Counted from the first letter of the stretch, positions 9,741 through 20,049 are shown. The stretch is DNA of 64,000 bases from a virus (IMGVR_UViG_3300046794_000311:1-64000), one strand, 5' to 3'. The notes: generated from the sequence alone by a model not told the origin. Program-made: numbers and translations.

Positions 9741-10587
9741 GATCCCCCGCCGAAATGAAGAGGGGGACCTCCTTTCCGCACGAATCGTGCGTGAACTTGA
9801 CCTCATTGTACTGAGGACCGGGCTGCTTGTTCTCAATCGCATCGAGGATGCGCTTCCGGTCCACGATGCCTAGAGAGCGGGCGAACTCGGGATTTCCGGT
9901 GACGGCATTCTCGCTGCCGTCGGCCTCGACCACGGAAATGAGGCAGCGGGAAAGCAGGAGGGTGTTCTGCTCGGAGTCGGTGGTTCGGTCGACGACGGCG
10001 AGGATTGCGTCCTGGTCGTTGCCTACGGGAAGCCGGACGAATGCCTTACGGCCCTTTCGCAGTTCGACTTCGAAGATGCGCTGGGACGGGTCCTCCAGGC
10101 GCCGGACGGGGATCTCGTCGAGCGTGACGGACAGGCGGAACTCCTCGCCGCAGTGCATGCAGGAGAACCGCTCCCAGACGATCTCGTCGCCGTAGGTCGC
10201 GCGCCGGATCTCCATCAGGAGCATGTCGCGGTCGCCGAGCAGGAGGTTGGACAGAAGGACGGGGCTGGTCTTCTCGCCTCCCACGGAAACAGTTCCGGAG
10301 GCGAGCAGGGTGGAGATGAACTTGCCGACACCGCCCTGGCGGGCCTTGGTGATGGCCTCTTCGTCCGCGCCGGTAAGTTCCCGCACCTCGGCGTCGAAAC
10401 GGGTGCTAGGGAAGTCGTTGCCCAAGACATAGCCTCCCGGCAGGCGGAAATTACCACCTGCCGGGAAAGCGATCTCGGGCTTTGCGACCTCGCCCCCCTG
10501 GTTGAGCACTGCCGCGATGGCGGCGTTCGCTGCACCGGGGTTCGCAAGGGGGCTGGAGTACCCCTCGGTATTAAGGTCGTTAGCCAC
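9724..10587 (-). CDS. Tail assembly chaperone / baseplate-hub assembly protein
   Basis: VRELTGADEE, GDRDMLLMEIRRATYG and a CxxC motif. Lies between the tube and tape measure genes. Confidence 0.65.
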   Translation of the reverse strand: MANDLNTEGYSSPLANPGAANAAIAAVLNQGGEVAKPEIAFPAGGNFRLPGGYVLGNDFPSTRFDAEVRELTGADEEAITKARQGGVGKFISTLLASGTVSVGGEKTSPVLLSNLLLGDRDMLLMEIRRATYGDEIVWERFSCMHCGEEFRLSVTLDEIPVRRLEDPSQRIFEVELRKGRKAFVRLPVGNDQDAILAVVDRTTDSEQNTLLLSRCLISVVEADGSENAVTGNPEFARSLGIVDRKRILDAIENKQPGPQYNEVKFTHDSCGKEVPLFISAGDLFQGL

Positions 10588-10623
10588 TGGTTTTGCTCCT
10601 AGTCGAGTCTCGGGAATCCGCTA

Positions 10624-11175
10624 TTAGAAACTAACGGAAGACGAGCCCGTGCTGTTAGCCAACTTGAACTCGAAGCCCTCGTGAGCGAGGGTCATCTGCT
10701 GAACGATGATCGCGTTGGCGCCCGCGTCCAGGTCCGAGAAGGCCACCGCCGTGGGCCACGCGTTGTAAACGCGGAACGCAGCCTTGGCGGGAGTGGCGCC
10801 GGAAGTCACCGGGTGGTCGAGCACCTTGATGTCGACCATGTGCCGGAATTCCGCACCGGCCTTTCCGTTTCCGGTTCCCTGGAGGACAGTGAACAACTGC
10901 CGCATCCAGTCCATCATCTGCGAGTCGCCGACCGCGAGGCCCTTGGAGAGGGTGATGGGGGCGAAGTCGCTCTGCCCCGGCATCTTCTGGGTCGTTGTGT
11001 TCATACCGCCCTCGCGGTACGGAATCACCTCGGTCGTGACGTTCAGACCTGAAACGGACATGAAGCCCATGCGGGCGAAGCCCTTGATGCCCGGGTGCTG
11101 GATCTGGACCTGGAACTTGAAGTTCCGAAGCGGGTCCGTCGCGATGTGTCCGACGGTGGACGTGGTCGTAGCCAT
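10624..11175 (-). CDS. Tail tube protein (T4 gp19-like)
   Basis: DPLRNFKFQV, YREGG...KMPG...ITLSKG, NAWPT..FSDLDA motifs. Confidence 0.9.
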   Translation of the reverse strand: MATTTSTVGHIATDPLRNFKFQVQIQHPGIKGFARMGFMSVSGLNVTTEVIPYREGGMNTTTQKMPGQSDFAPITLSKGLAVGDSQMMDWMRQLFTVLQGTGNGKAGAEFRHMVDIKVLDHPVTSGATPAKAAFRVYNAWPTAVAFSDLDAGANAIIVQQMTLAHEGFEFKLANSTGSSSVSF

Positions 11176-11189
11176 CAGTGGGTTACCTC

Positions 11190-12734
11190 TCAGGAAGTGG
11201 CCGTGCTGTCAGTGGCGGAGGAACCACCGCTGAACTGGCCGATCTCGATGACGATGAATTCGGCCGGGGTCTGGAGAGCGACACCGACGGAGATGTTCAC
11301 GACCCCGTTCGCCACCGACGCGGCGGTGTTGTTGGTCGAGTCGCACACCACGAAGAACGCCTGCTCCGGAGTGGTTCCGGCCAGCACGCCCGTCTGCATG
11401 AGGGTCAGCAGGTACTGCGAGATGACCGCGTTGACCTGGTCCCACAGGATCGAGTCGTTGGGCTCGAAGACGGCGAACCGGGTGGCGTCGAGGATGCCCT
11501 TCTTGATCAGCATCAGCGACCGGCGGACGGAGACGTACCGGTCAGGCATGCCAGTCGACAGGGTGCGGGCGCCGTAGATGACGAAGCCGGTGCCGGGCAG
11601 CGACTTCAGCACGTTGATGCCAGCGACGTTGAGGTTGTCCTGGTCGTCGTTGGAGAACCGGAACTGCACGTCCAGCACACCCTTGAGGACCGTGTCGACA
11701 CCGGCCGGTGGCTTCTGCACACCACGGGAGGCGTCGGTACGGCTGTACTGGCCGAGCACAGCACCGCCAGGAGGCAGCAGCCGGGCCGAGCCGGACGACG
11801 TCGTGGCCGGGTCGTTGACGATCAGCCACGGGCCGTAGATGGCTGCGTAGGACGACGAGCGGATCGCGGAGCCGCCCGTGGACATGCCCTGGAGGCTCAG
11901 CGCGTAGGAGTGGGCGTTGTCGGCAGACGTGGCCTTCGCACCGTCCACGACGACGAACACCGAGCCCTGGTCCTCGGCCCACTGGATGATCGGGTTGAGC
12001 ACCGTCGCGTCGGTGACGCCCGGCACGTTCAGGACGAGGTTGTCCTCGACGATCTCCAGTCGCTGGGCGGCAGTGGCCAGGTCGATCGCGGCGACGCCGT
12101 CGGTGCCCCCGATCAGCGCGGTGCCCGTCTGGACGGCCGGGGAGTGGGTGGGATCCCACGCGGTATTAAGCAGGCTCTGGACCTGGATGAAGGACGAGCC
12201 GGTGACCGGGGAGTTGATCAGGGCCTGCGCGTTGCGGGAGTCGGACGGGTCCAGGGAGACGTCGGAGAAACGCTCCTTGAGGTACGCGGCGGTGTCCCCG
12301 CCCACGTAGACGTACATGTCGAACCGGCCGGAGCCGGTGGCGCCCGGAACGATGTCGACGTAGACCTGGTTGCCCCACGTTCCCGGGGAGATCGCGGTGA
12401 CCTTGAGGGTCGGCTCAGGCGTGGCCTCGGTGTCCTCCAGGGAGACGGACGCTGCGACCGCGTCGGAGGCCGCCGCGCGCACGATGTAGGCGCTGTTGCC
12501 GCCGTTGTTGAAGAACTGGTAGACGGCGAACGGGAGCAGGTCCGAGGTGTCGCCGAAGCCGCCGTAGGTGGCGACGTACTGCGAGAACGACGAGACCAGG
12601 GTCGGCGCCAGCGGGCCGCCCTGCTTGGAGGTGCCGACGAAGGCCGCAACGGACTCGCCGGGAGTCGTCGCGGTCTGCGCGAGCGGGGTAAGCGTCTCGT
12701 CGATGTAGACACCGGGCCGCTTGTAGACAGTCAT
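11190..12734 (-). CDS. Contractile tail sheath protein
   Basis: YKRPGVYIDE, RGVQKPPAG, GARTL, YVSVRR, FAVFEPND, PAEFIVI motifs. Confidence 0.95.
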   Translation of the reverse strand: MTVYKRPGVYIDETLTPLAQTATTPGESVAAFVGTSKQGGPLAPTLVSSFSQYVATYGGFGDTSDLLPFAVYQFFNNGGNSAYIVRAAASDAVAASVSLEDTEATPEPTLKVTAISPGTWGNQVYVDIVPGATGSGRFDMYVYVGGDTAAYLKERFSDVSLDPSDSRNAQALINSPVTGSSFIQVQSLLNTAWDPTHSPAVQTGTALIGGTDGVAAIDLATAAQRLEIVEDNLVLNVPGVTDATVLNPIIQWAEDQGSVFVVVDGAKATSADNAHSYALSLQGMSTGGSAIRSSSYAAIYGPWLIVNDPATTSSGSARLLPPGGAVLGQYSRTDASRGVQKPPAGVDTVLKGVLDVQFRFSNDDQDNLNVAGINVLKSLPGTGFVIYGARTLSTGMPDRYVSVRRSLMLIKKGILDATRFAVFEPNDSILWDQVNAVISQYLLTLMQTGVLAGTTPEQAFFVVCDSTNNTAASVANGVVNISVGVALQTPAEFIVIEIGQFSGGSSATDSTATS

Positions 12735-12787
12735 CTGTTTCTCCTGGGTGAAAGTGAATTCCTGGGGTTACGAATCCTGGGTCCGGG

Positions 12788-13423
12788 TCATGGGCGAGTT
12801 ACGTTGTCCGTGAAGTACTCGAAGTCCAGTGCCACACTGGTCGCCTTGATGTACGCGTCAGCGACGGACTGAAGCATTTCGCTGGACACAGAGATCAGGT
12901 ATTCGCGACGGAACAGACGCTTTCCGTTCTCGTCGCGGGTGTCGGCCAGCTCGGGGCCGCCGAGAAGATCCAGTCGACGTACCGTTCCGTCCTCGGGGAT
13001 CTCCAGAAATCCGAACCGCGCAGGAATCCGATCGCGCTGCATCATCAAAGACGCCAGCGCAATGTCGTGCTCTGCGAGACGGGTGAAGACCATGACGCGG
13101 TACCGCAGATCGAAGGGGATCGGGTAGTCGACGAGGTACGGGGACTGCGTGACGTCGTAGGAGGTGTCTCCCTCCGCCCACCATCTGGTCGTGCCCTCGG
13201 GGGCGTACGGCAGGTAGACGGGGCCACGGTGCTCACGCTCGTCGGCCTTCTCGATGCCCGCGTGCTCGATGACGACCAGGGGGAAGGTCTGCGTCGCCAG
13301 CTCTACCTCGGGAATGCGGTAACGCACCGGAACGGGTCGTCCGTCCGGTGCATTCGCGTCGGTGACAGAGAGGCCCTGGAGTTTCGCCTTAACGGCGCGG
13401 TCCTCGTTGATGAGCCATGGCAA
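12788..13423 (-). CDS. Tail completion/terminator protein
   Basis: Immediately upstream of the sheath gene, with PIPFDLRYRV-type beta strands. Probable TTG start at 13423 after GAGG. Confidence 0.55.
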   Translation of the reverse strand: MPWLINEDRAVKAKLQGLSVTDANAPDGRPVPVRYRIPEVELATQTFPLVVIEHAGIEKADEREHRGPVYLPYAPEGTTRWWAEGDTSYDVTQSPYLVDYPIPFDLRYRVMVFTRLAEHDIALASLMMQRDRIPARFGFLEIPEDGTVRRLDLLGGPELADTRDENGKRLFRREYLISVSSEMLQSVADAYIKATSVALDFEYFTDNVTRP

Positions 13424-13502
13424 AGCGGGCCTCACGGGTCTCGAATAGCGGAAGTCTTCCGCCATTCAGGATCCCAAGAAAGCCGGAGAAGTTTATAAAC
13501 CG

Positions 13503-14015
13503 CTACTGGGACCAGTGCTTGAACTGTGCGTCATTTACCAACTCGTCCGGCTTCATCTGTACGCACTCGATGCCGACGATGATGTCCCGGTTCTGGATCT
13601 GGCCCAGAACCGAAATGGATGTGACCCGGAAAACCGAGGTGTCGTAGACGATCCGGTCGACGAGGTACTTCCCGTGGGAGATGTCCTGGTCGGTGAACCC
13701 CATCTTCCGCAGCGAGTCGAACGACGAGGTGATGGAGAGGTTGTCGACGGTGTACAGACCCTGCGGGGTGTCCTGCGAGGCGCCCTGGCTGTGGATGACG
13801 TGCAGGGCCGGGATCCGGTACGGACCGATGAAGGTCTTCCCCTGGCCCGTCGCCTCGTCGTACAGGTCGTCCCCGGCCGGGTCGGTGTGGGAGTAGCGGT
13901 AGTACTGGACCATCTCGCCGATCTCGTGCTGGCGCCCGCGCAGGGACGCCATGATCTCGGTGGTCTCGTAGTTGGCGTTGAAGCGGCCGGAGCGCTTCCA
14001 GTCCAGGCGGCCCAT
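13503..14015 (-). CDS. Head-tail adaptor/head closure protein
   Basis: DDLYDEA motif and beta-rich 170-aa protein. Assigned mainly by synteny. Confidence 0.5.
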   Translation of the reverse strand: MGRLDWKRSGRFNANYETTEIMASLRGRQHEIGEMVQYYRYSHTDPAGDDLYDEATGQGKTFIGPYRIPALHVIHSQGASQDTPQGLYTVDNLSITSSFDSLRKMGFTDQDISHGKYLVDRIVYDTSVFRVTSISVLGQIQNRDIIVGIECVQMKPDELVNDAQFKHWSQ

Positions 14016-14824
14016 CAGAAGTACCCGCCCCAGGTCTGCGAGGGGATGCCGGACTCGTCGTCGTTCTGGTGGCCCGGCCCGATCGGCGGGAGGACCCGCT
14101 TCGGCAGCGAGTAGTCGTCGTACTCGCGCTCACGGAAGATCGGCACGAGACGTCCGGTCGTACGGGAGACGCGTCGGAGGTTGGTGACCTCGATCGCGTA
14201 CAGGCCGACGCCCATCTTCTCGCACAGCATCTTGTACCGGTCGGTGAGCAGTTCGATCTGCTTCTGGATCTGCGCGAACCGCTGGCCTCGGTCGACGGAA
14301 GTACCGTCGGCGGTCTGGACGTTGATGTCCGTGGCCGCATCAGTGGCCAGTGCCCACATCGCCTCCGTGCAGGCCAGCATGACGATCATGACGTCTTCCT
14401 CCGGCGGGAGGCTGGCGAAGTCGACGGGCTCATCGTCGTAGCGGATGAATCCGTTGGTATCCCGGTAGCGGGTGGCGATGGTCCGGCCACGGTTGTGCTG
14501 GGCGAACGCGTCGTTGAGGTACACGTCCAGCTCGTCGTCGGCGAACAGGCTGAAGGACTGCCCGGACACGAGCAGCAGAGCGTCCAGTGGCAGCGCAGCG
14601 TTCAGGGTGAGGATGCCGTTCAGCGCGTCCAGGACGTAGTCGTTGGTGGTGAGCACCGTCTGTGTGGTTCCGACGACCTGGACCGCCTCCAGGCCGGTGA
14701 CGTTGTTCGCGCTCAGTTCGTACTCAGCGACGTCCCCGGTGCCCCGGATGGTGTCGCGGAACGGCGTGAGCCGGTCGCCCAGCTCACTGCGCACCCGCGA
14801 CCGCAGGTCCTCAAGCGTGGCCAT
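14015..14824 (-). CDS. Head-to-tail connector protein
   Basis: LRSRVRSELGD N-terminus and FADDELDVYL, typical of neck adaptor proteins. Supported by synteny. Confidence 0.55.
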   Translation of the reverse strand: MATLEDLRSRVRSELGDRLTPFRDTIRGTGDVAEYELSANNVTGLEAVQVVGTTQTVLTTNDYVLDALNGILTLNAALPLDALLLVSGQSFSLFADDELDVYLNDAFAQHNRGRTIATRYRDTNGFIRYDDEPVDFASLPPEEDVMIVMLACTEAMWALATDAATDINVQTADGTSVDRGQRFAQIQKQIELLTDRYKMLCEKMGVGLYAIEVTNLRRVSRTTGRLVPIFREREYDDYSLPKRVLPPIGPGHQNDDESGIPSQTWGGYF

Positions 14825-14837
14825 TCCGCGACTCCGA

Positions 14838-15257
14838 TCAGGTATTAAGGGTCAGCGCGCCAGCGGCGATCTGAAGGGACTCGTTCGTCGCCGCCTGGAG
14901 CGGGCTGTCGATCGGCCACGCGTAGATGACGGTGCCGGTCGTGCCGGACGCGGAGGTGACCAGGGCCGCGAACGTGGCAGCGTCGGTCATGTCGGCGGTG
15001 AACGGTCCGAAGAACAGCAGGGCGTTGTTGCCCGTGGTCATCGGGGCGCCGGTCGGGGCGGTCCATACGACCTGCTGCCGGGCGTACCCGGCCGTGGAGA
15101 CCTCCGGCAGGGAGGTCATGTCGTAGGTGCCGTCCTCCTGCGTCGGGTCAGCGATCAGCAGGGCCAGGTAAGTCGAACGCGGCGCTGTGTAGGCGACGGC
15201 CCGGCCGGTGAGGAAGTCCAGGGCGTTGCCAGCCCAGGTGGGGTTCGTACCGGCCAT
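14838..15257 (-). CDS. Virion structural protein (YLAL...EVS..GYARQ family)
   Basis: Motif is common in actinophage minor structural proteins. Confidence 0.55.
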   Translation of the reverse strand: MAGTNPTWAGNALDFLTGRAVAYTAPRSTYLALLIADPTQEDGTYDMTSLPEVSTAGYARQQVVWTAPTGAPMTTGNNALLFFGPFTADMTDAATFAALVTSASGTTGTVIYAWPIDSPLQAATNESLQIAAGALTLNT

Positions 15258-15553
15258 CAGGCATCAACCTTCTTGAACATGCGCGTGAAGTCGGACAGGT
15301 GCAGGGTGAACTGCCGGATCGCCTGGCCCGGCGCGTGGTCGCCCTTGTCGGTGATGATGTGGGTGTCGTAGACGTGCGCGAGCAGGACGGAGTCCTCGCC
15401 TGCGTGGCCGATGCCAGCGGTGCCCGCAGGGTGTACGTCAACCACGACCACCGTGGAGCCGGTGGGCAGGTGACCCAGTCCGGCTCCGTGGCCCTCGGCG
15501 TTCTCCAGCACGTACGCCTCACCCATGGACGGGGAGGGGGCGGGAGTAGTCAT
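15257..15553 (-). CDS. Hypothetical protein
   Basis: ORF coupled to neighbours in the structural operon, with GC3-rich codons. Confidence 0.6.
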   Translation of the reverse strand: MTTPAPSPSMGEAYVLENAEGHGAGLGHLPTGSTVVVVDVHPAGTAGIGHAGEDSVLLAHVYDTHIITDKGDHAPGQAIRQFTLHLSDFTRMFKKVDA

Positions 15554-15573
15554 CAGTGCTCTCCTTGAGCCGA

Positions 15574-15951
15574 TCAGTGCCAGATGTAGCCGAGGGAATC
15601 CAGGTGGTCGTAGAGGGCCTTGGGCGCCTTGTAGCGCACGCCCTCCTCGAAGTCGAAGTGGTTGCCGTGGCCGTAGGTCATGTTCTCCAGCGAGGTGTTC
15701 ACGCGGAACTCGCGCATCGGGGTCTCGACCTCGACGGCGTCGGCGACCTCGATGGGGGCAGGGGCCGGAGGGGCGGACAGGTCGCGGGGCTTGACCTCGT
15801 GAACCGTGTCGTCTCGGTCGGCAGCAGCCTGGGCGTTGATGAGAGCGATCTCGCCCTCGCGCTGCTTCAGTTCCTCGGCGTGCTCCTTGGTGAGCGCGGC
15901 CTTGGTGCGGCCGGTCAGATCACCGGGGCGGGCGACATTACGTGCAGGCAT
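15574..15951 (-). CDS. Hypothetical (head-associated) protein
   Basis: Follows the capsid gene and has a GGAG RBS. Confidence 0.6.
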   Translation of the reverse strand: MPARNVARPGDLTGRTKAALTKEHAEELKQREGEIALINAQAAADRDDTVHEVKPRDLSAPPAPAPIEVADAVEVETPMREFRVNTSLENMTYGHGNHFDFEEGVRYKAPKALYDHLDSLGYIWH

Positions 15952-16004
15952 GTTTTTCTCCGGGTGCGTCTCGTGTATGTGAAGCGGTACTACTTTAACG
16001 AGGA

Positions 16005-16042
16005 AGGGGAGCGGTCCTGGTAATCCAGAAAACCGCTCCCCT
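16005..16042 (-). terminator. Hairpin downstream of the major capsid gene
   Basis: AGGGGAGCGGT...ACCGCTCCCCT inverted repeat. Confidence 0.6.
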
Positions 16043-16107
16043 AACCCGTGGACTAGCCGGTCACCGCGACTACCAACTCAACTCGGATTCCTTTCGGAAT
16101 CGCAGGC

Positions 16108-17106
16108 TCAGTTGGTCTCCGCGATGAGGACCGCCTGGTCGGTGATGAGGCCGAGACCCCAAATCGCGTACCAGGCCAGGGCGTGCTCTCGTCCGAAGTC
16201 GAGAATGCCGCCGTCACGCAGTTCGACCGGCAGCGAGATCGCGTGGCCGAATGCGTTGTCGCCCAGGAAGATGGACTGGTAAACCGTCTGGCTGGCAGCG
16301 TTGGTGAACTGCTTGACCTGCGTGGTCTCGATGAAGACCACGTCATTCAGGCGGCCAATCTCACCCAAAAGGAAGTTCCCCGGGGCCGCGTACTTGGTGA
16401 CCTCGATGAACTCAGGGTCATCGCGCAACTTGCGCGACTGGTGCGGGTGGACGAAGCAGACGTAGGTCTCGCCCAAGCGCGGAACGTTCTTGGTGGCCAA
16501 CGTCTCGACCGCGTCCTTGACCAGGGCCGTGGTGAAGTCGAACTTGCCGGTCAGGCCGTCGGTGGAGGTGGCAGCGGTGCCGTGGTCGTACGGCGACAAC
16601 TGCGTACGGGTCGTGTTGCCCACGGCCGTGGTGTCGAACTTGTTGTAGCCCCAGATCTTGCTGGACGCCTGGAGCAGGGTGTCGCGAGCGGACTGGTCCA
16701 GGTAGAGGGCCATGTTGCGGCCCAGCAGGCGGGACGCCGACGCCATGACGTCGTCGAACGAGGCGTTGAGCAGGAGTTCCGAGACCGCGACCGCGTAGCC
16801 GTGCTCGGCGACGGTGATCGAGAACTGAGAGGCCGAGAGGGCGTTGGTCTGCATGCGGACGCCTTCAACCAACTGGCTGGCGGAGCCCAGGTTGTTGTAC
16901 CGCATGAAGTTGATCGTCAGACCGGGCTGAACGCCCAATTCGGTCTTCTTCACCGCGAACTGCTCGAAGCGGAGAATCGGCATGGACTGGAACAAAATCT
17001 CCTTGCTCCAGATGGTCTGAATGGCCGCACCGAGAGTGCTGTTGGCGCCCGAGTAGTTCGTCGGAGAAGCCGACAGGTTCGGGGTACCAGTGATCGCGCT
17101 TGGCAT
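16108..17106 (-). CDS. Major capsid protein (N4-gp56 family)
   Basis: PILRFEQFAVKKTEL, YVCFVHPHQ..LRDDPEF, GEIGRL, DFGREH motifs. Confidence 0.9.
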   Translation of the reverse strand: MPSAITGTPNLSASPTNYSGANSTLGAAIQTIWSKEILFQSMPILRFEQFAVKKTELGVQPGLTINFMRYNNLGSASQLVEGVRMQTNALSASQFSITVAEHGYAVAVSELLLNASFDDVMASASRLLGRNMALYLDQSARDTLLQASSKIWGYNKFDTTAVGNTTRTQLSPYDHGTAATSTDGLTGKFDFTTALVKDAVETLATKNVPRLGETYVCFVHPHQSRKLRDDPEFIEVTKYAAPGNFLLGEIGRLNDVVFIETTQVKQFTNAASQTVYQSIFLGDNAFGHAISLPVELRDGGILDFGREHALAWYAIWGLGLITDQAVLIAETN

Positions 17107-17141
17107 ACTTGGATTTCCTTAGTTACGGGTACTCGACCGAA

Positions 17142-18002
17142 TTACGAGTACAGTCCACGCTGGTTCTGGGCCGCCTGTCCGACGCCCAACTGGCCCCGAA
17201 TCTTGGCGTACTCCGACATCGGCATATCGCGGAGGTCAGAAAGGGAGTACGACTTAGTGCCCGGATCGGTGTCCATCGGTCCCGTGGTGGAATAGCCCGT
17301 GGGGCTCACACCACGCATGGAAGCACGCTGCTGAATAGCAGCCTGCTGAACCGATTCCAGAATAGCCTGGGTCTTCGCCTTGACTGTAGCGATGGAGTTC
17401 TCGACCTCCTCCGGCGAATTACCGCCGACGAAGTCGAGGAGTTCGGGAGCGATCTCGTTGGTTTCCTCACCAACGCGACGCTGAATGTAGGACTGGAGGT
17501 TGTTGAACTCCTGCTCCTTCTGGAACAGAAGGCGCTCCTCCTCGCGCTGCCGCTCGATCTGCTCGAAGCGGGAGGACCACTCCTGCTCCTTGACCGCCAG
17601 GAGGTCCTTCGCGGACAGGTCGTCCTCCGCCTTGCGCTTCGCCTCGGCCTGAGCCTCCTGGCGCTTGCGCTCCTCCTCGGCCTGAGCCTCCTCGCGCGCC
17701 TTGCGCTGGGCCTCGATCTCGTCCAGGAACTTCTTGTTCTGGTCCTCGACGGTCTGGAGGCGCTTGTACAACTTGTCCTTCTCCTCCTGCCGCGCCCGCT
17801 GGATGTCCTCAGCCGTGAAGCGAGGCTCAACAGGGGCAGGAGCGGGGGTCTCGACGACAGCGGCCGGAACGGTGAGCACAGGCTCGCCACCTTCGCCGGG
17901 CTGCGGAGCGCCACCTGCGATGGGGTGGATCGGGCGGCCGTCCTTGCGGTAACCGAGGACCGTGGCGGCGGGCACCGAGATGCCCGAGGTATTAAGCGTC
18001 AT
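17142..18002 (-). CDS. Capsid scaffolding protein
   Basis: Charged coiled-coil protein between portal and capsid, with a C-terminal MPMSEYAK helix. Confidence 0.75.
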   Translation of the reverse strand: MTLNTSGISVPAATVLGYRKDGRPIHPIAGGAPQPGEGGEPVLTVPAAVVETPAPAPVEPRFTAEDIQRARQEEKDKLYKRLQTVEDQNKKFLDEIEAQRKAREEAQAEEERKRQEAQAEAKRKAEDDLSAKDLLAVKEQEWSSRFEQIERQREEERLLFQKEQEFNNLQSYIQRRVGEETNEIAPELLDFVGGNSPEEVENSIATVKAKTQAILESVQQAAIQQRASMRGVSPTGYSTTGPMDTDPGTKSYSLSDLRDMPMSEYAKIRGQLGVGQAAQNQRGLYS

Positions 18003-18015
18003 GAGCGACGAACTC

Positions 18016-19737
18016 CTAGTCGGTACTTTTGTCCGGGTCGCGGCGAAGCCCAGCGCGTGGGCCGTATGCCTGTGTCACGATTTCGTTAGTCATCTTCTGA
18101 ATCTCGGGCGCTGTGATGTTGCCGAGTTCGACACCACCGGGAAGCGTCACCGGATTCGGACCACCAGGCTGCGGGCCGACGGGATTCCCATCTGCATCAG
18201 TCTGGGGTGCAGGCGCCTCCGCCCCATCGGGCGGCATTCCCGTCAACTGGAGAATACTCGAATCTATCTGAGCCTTTAGCATTCGCAGAGCGCCCTGCTG
18301 CTTGGCGTCCTCGATCTGCTCCTCGAATATCTCGCGGACCTTCTCGTCCGGGAACTCCTCGCCCAAGTCGTGGAGGGCTCCGCGCATGGACTCAAGGCCC
18401 ATGGACATCTTCGCCTGGATCTCGTTCAACTTGATGAGGGTGTCGACCGGGAGAGGGGCTGGCCATTCGCACTCGGTGAAGTAGGCCATCGGGTCGAGAA
18501 CGTCGATCATCGGGGGCTGGTCTTCCTTCATGATGCCCTCGGTGGACGGGTCGTAAAGGCGCGTCTCGGGCTCGAAGGTGAACAGCGTCTTGAGGATGAG
18601 TTCGTTGATCTTCTGGAGACCGACGGAGTACTGCATCTTCTTCTGGTCGTAACGGGACATCATCGGCCGGTACATGATGGCCAAGGCCACACCCGACGTA
18701 TTCGACGCGGGCTGCATCTGACCGAGCGCCGTTTCCGGAACACCCGTGATCTCGTGCATCGAGCGCTTGATCATCTCAAGGTACTGAAGCGGTCCGGCGA
18801 GGTCGACGCCATTCTCCAAGTTGTACACCTGGGCGTCCTTGGGAAGTCCACCCCACACCTTGCGTGGGCCCTTCTCCAGGTTGCTCGCTTTCGCGCCGCT
18901 GATGATCGTTACGGGGGCTGCGTGGTAATTGATGATGTCGCTGATGTCCGTCGCCTTCTCGTTGTACTCACGGTTCAGCGAGATGATGTCGGCGATGTCC
19001 GACAGACCCCACGGAGAACCAGAGACCTGAGCATTGGCGACGTGCACGACCGGAATGGTCCCGAGAGGATTCGGCCGGGAGTCGATCAACTCGTCATTCA
19101 GATACTCCTCGATCGTGTCGTCCGTCAGCACCTCGACGTAGGTGTATACGGAACGTGTCCCATCTTCACCGGTCGCCCAAAAGCGGTACTTCAGTTTGAA
19201 GCGGATCAGACGGTCCCGGTCGTGGGGGTGCCACTCCGGGAAGCAGAAGGAGGAGTTCAGGGGAAGGATGCGAACGCGGCCTGCGTGTGGTTGTCCCGTG
19301 TTATCTGTGAATCCAGGCTCGTATGCGACCTTCACGAAGGAGTCGCCGGAGATGCCGCCTTGCTGGCCCATCTCCCACAGCAACTGCTCCTTGCGGTTGT
19401 CGACCTCCCAGGCCCTCTTCAAAAGGCCGGGGATGATGTGCTCGTACTGCTTCACGCTCTTGAAGTGGACGCCGCGTCCGAACGTGAAATTGTTGATGTA
19501 GTCGGCGAACGCCTTCACGTAGTTGAACGTGATCTGCGCCTCGCCCGCTTCTCTCCGGTATCCCCAGTGATGACCCAGGTAGTATGCGAAGTTCTGGGAG
19601 TACCTATTCAGGCGAGGGCCGTGCACCTCAAACTCCTCGTCGGCCAATTCGACAAGGCCGAGAGGAGAGATCGACACCGTAAGGTCCGACCCCGAAGCCC
19701 GCATGCTGGGGCTCGCGAATGAGATTGCACCGCTCAT
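18016..19737 (-). CDS. Portal protein (SPP1 gp6-like)
   Basis: NPLGTIPVVH, GLSDI, SNTSGVAL motifs, 573 aa. Confidence 0.9.
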   Translation of the reverse strand: MSGAISFASPSMRASGSDLTVSISPLGLVELADEEFEVHGPRLNRYSQNFAYYLGHHWGYRREAGEAQITFNYVKAFADYINNFTFGRGVHFKSVKQYEHIIPGLLKRAWEVDNRKEQLLWEMGQQGGISGDSFVKVAYEPGFTDNTGQPHAGRVRILPLNSSFCFPEWHPHDRDRLIRFKLKYRFWATGEDGTRSVYTYVEVLTDDTIEEYLNDELIDSRPNPLGTIPVVHVANAQVSGSPWGLSDIADIISLNREYNEKATDISDIINYHAAPVTIISGAKASNLEKGPRKVWGGLPKDAQVYNLENGVDLAGPLQYLEMIKRSMHEITGVPETALGQMQPASNTSGVALAIMYRPMMSRYDQKKMQYSVGLQKINELILKTLFTFEPETRLYDPSTEGIMKEDQPPMIDVLDPMAYFTECEWPAPLPVDTLIKLNEIQAKMSMGLESMRGALHDLGEEFPDEKVREIFEEQIEDAKQQGALRMLKAQIDSSILQLTGMPPDGAEAPAPQTDADGNPVGPQPGGPNPVTLPGGVELGNITAPEIQKMTNEIVTQAYGPRAGLRRDPDKSTD

Positions 19738-19755
19738 GGGTAAACGACTCCGACT

Positions 19756-20049
19756 TTAGATCTCGACGATGCGCGTGGGCGCGAGGGAACGTGCAGACTT
19801 CTTGGCCGCGCGACGGCTCTCGAATGGCTCCTCGCCGCGCTGCACGACGTTGCCGTTGGGCAGAACCTCGTGCAGGACGTACTGGCGGCTCTTGGCGCCG
19901 TCCTCGGTCTCTACGGGAATGCCACGCACCAGATAACGCTCGTTGATCAGGTGCTTCCCAACGGTCTCCCCCTTGGAGAGAGGCAGCTTGGGAAGCACCT
20001 CATCGACGGACGCCTTCGGTGCCCTGCGGCGGTCGTGGAAGGCAACCAT
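19756..20049 (-). CDS. Hypothetical protein
   Basis: ORF between terminase and portal, tightly packed. Confidence 0.55.
   Translation of the reverse strand: MVAFHDRRRAPKASVDEVLPKLPLSKGETVGKHLINERYLVRGIPVETEDGAKSRQYVLHEVLPNGNVVQRGEEPFESRRAAKKSARSLAPTRIVEI

Noticed and set aside
20-12734. Extracellular contractile injection system (eCIS/tailocin)
   Set aside because: The tail genes are contiguous with capsid, scaffold, portal and terminase genes, so this is a phage.
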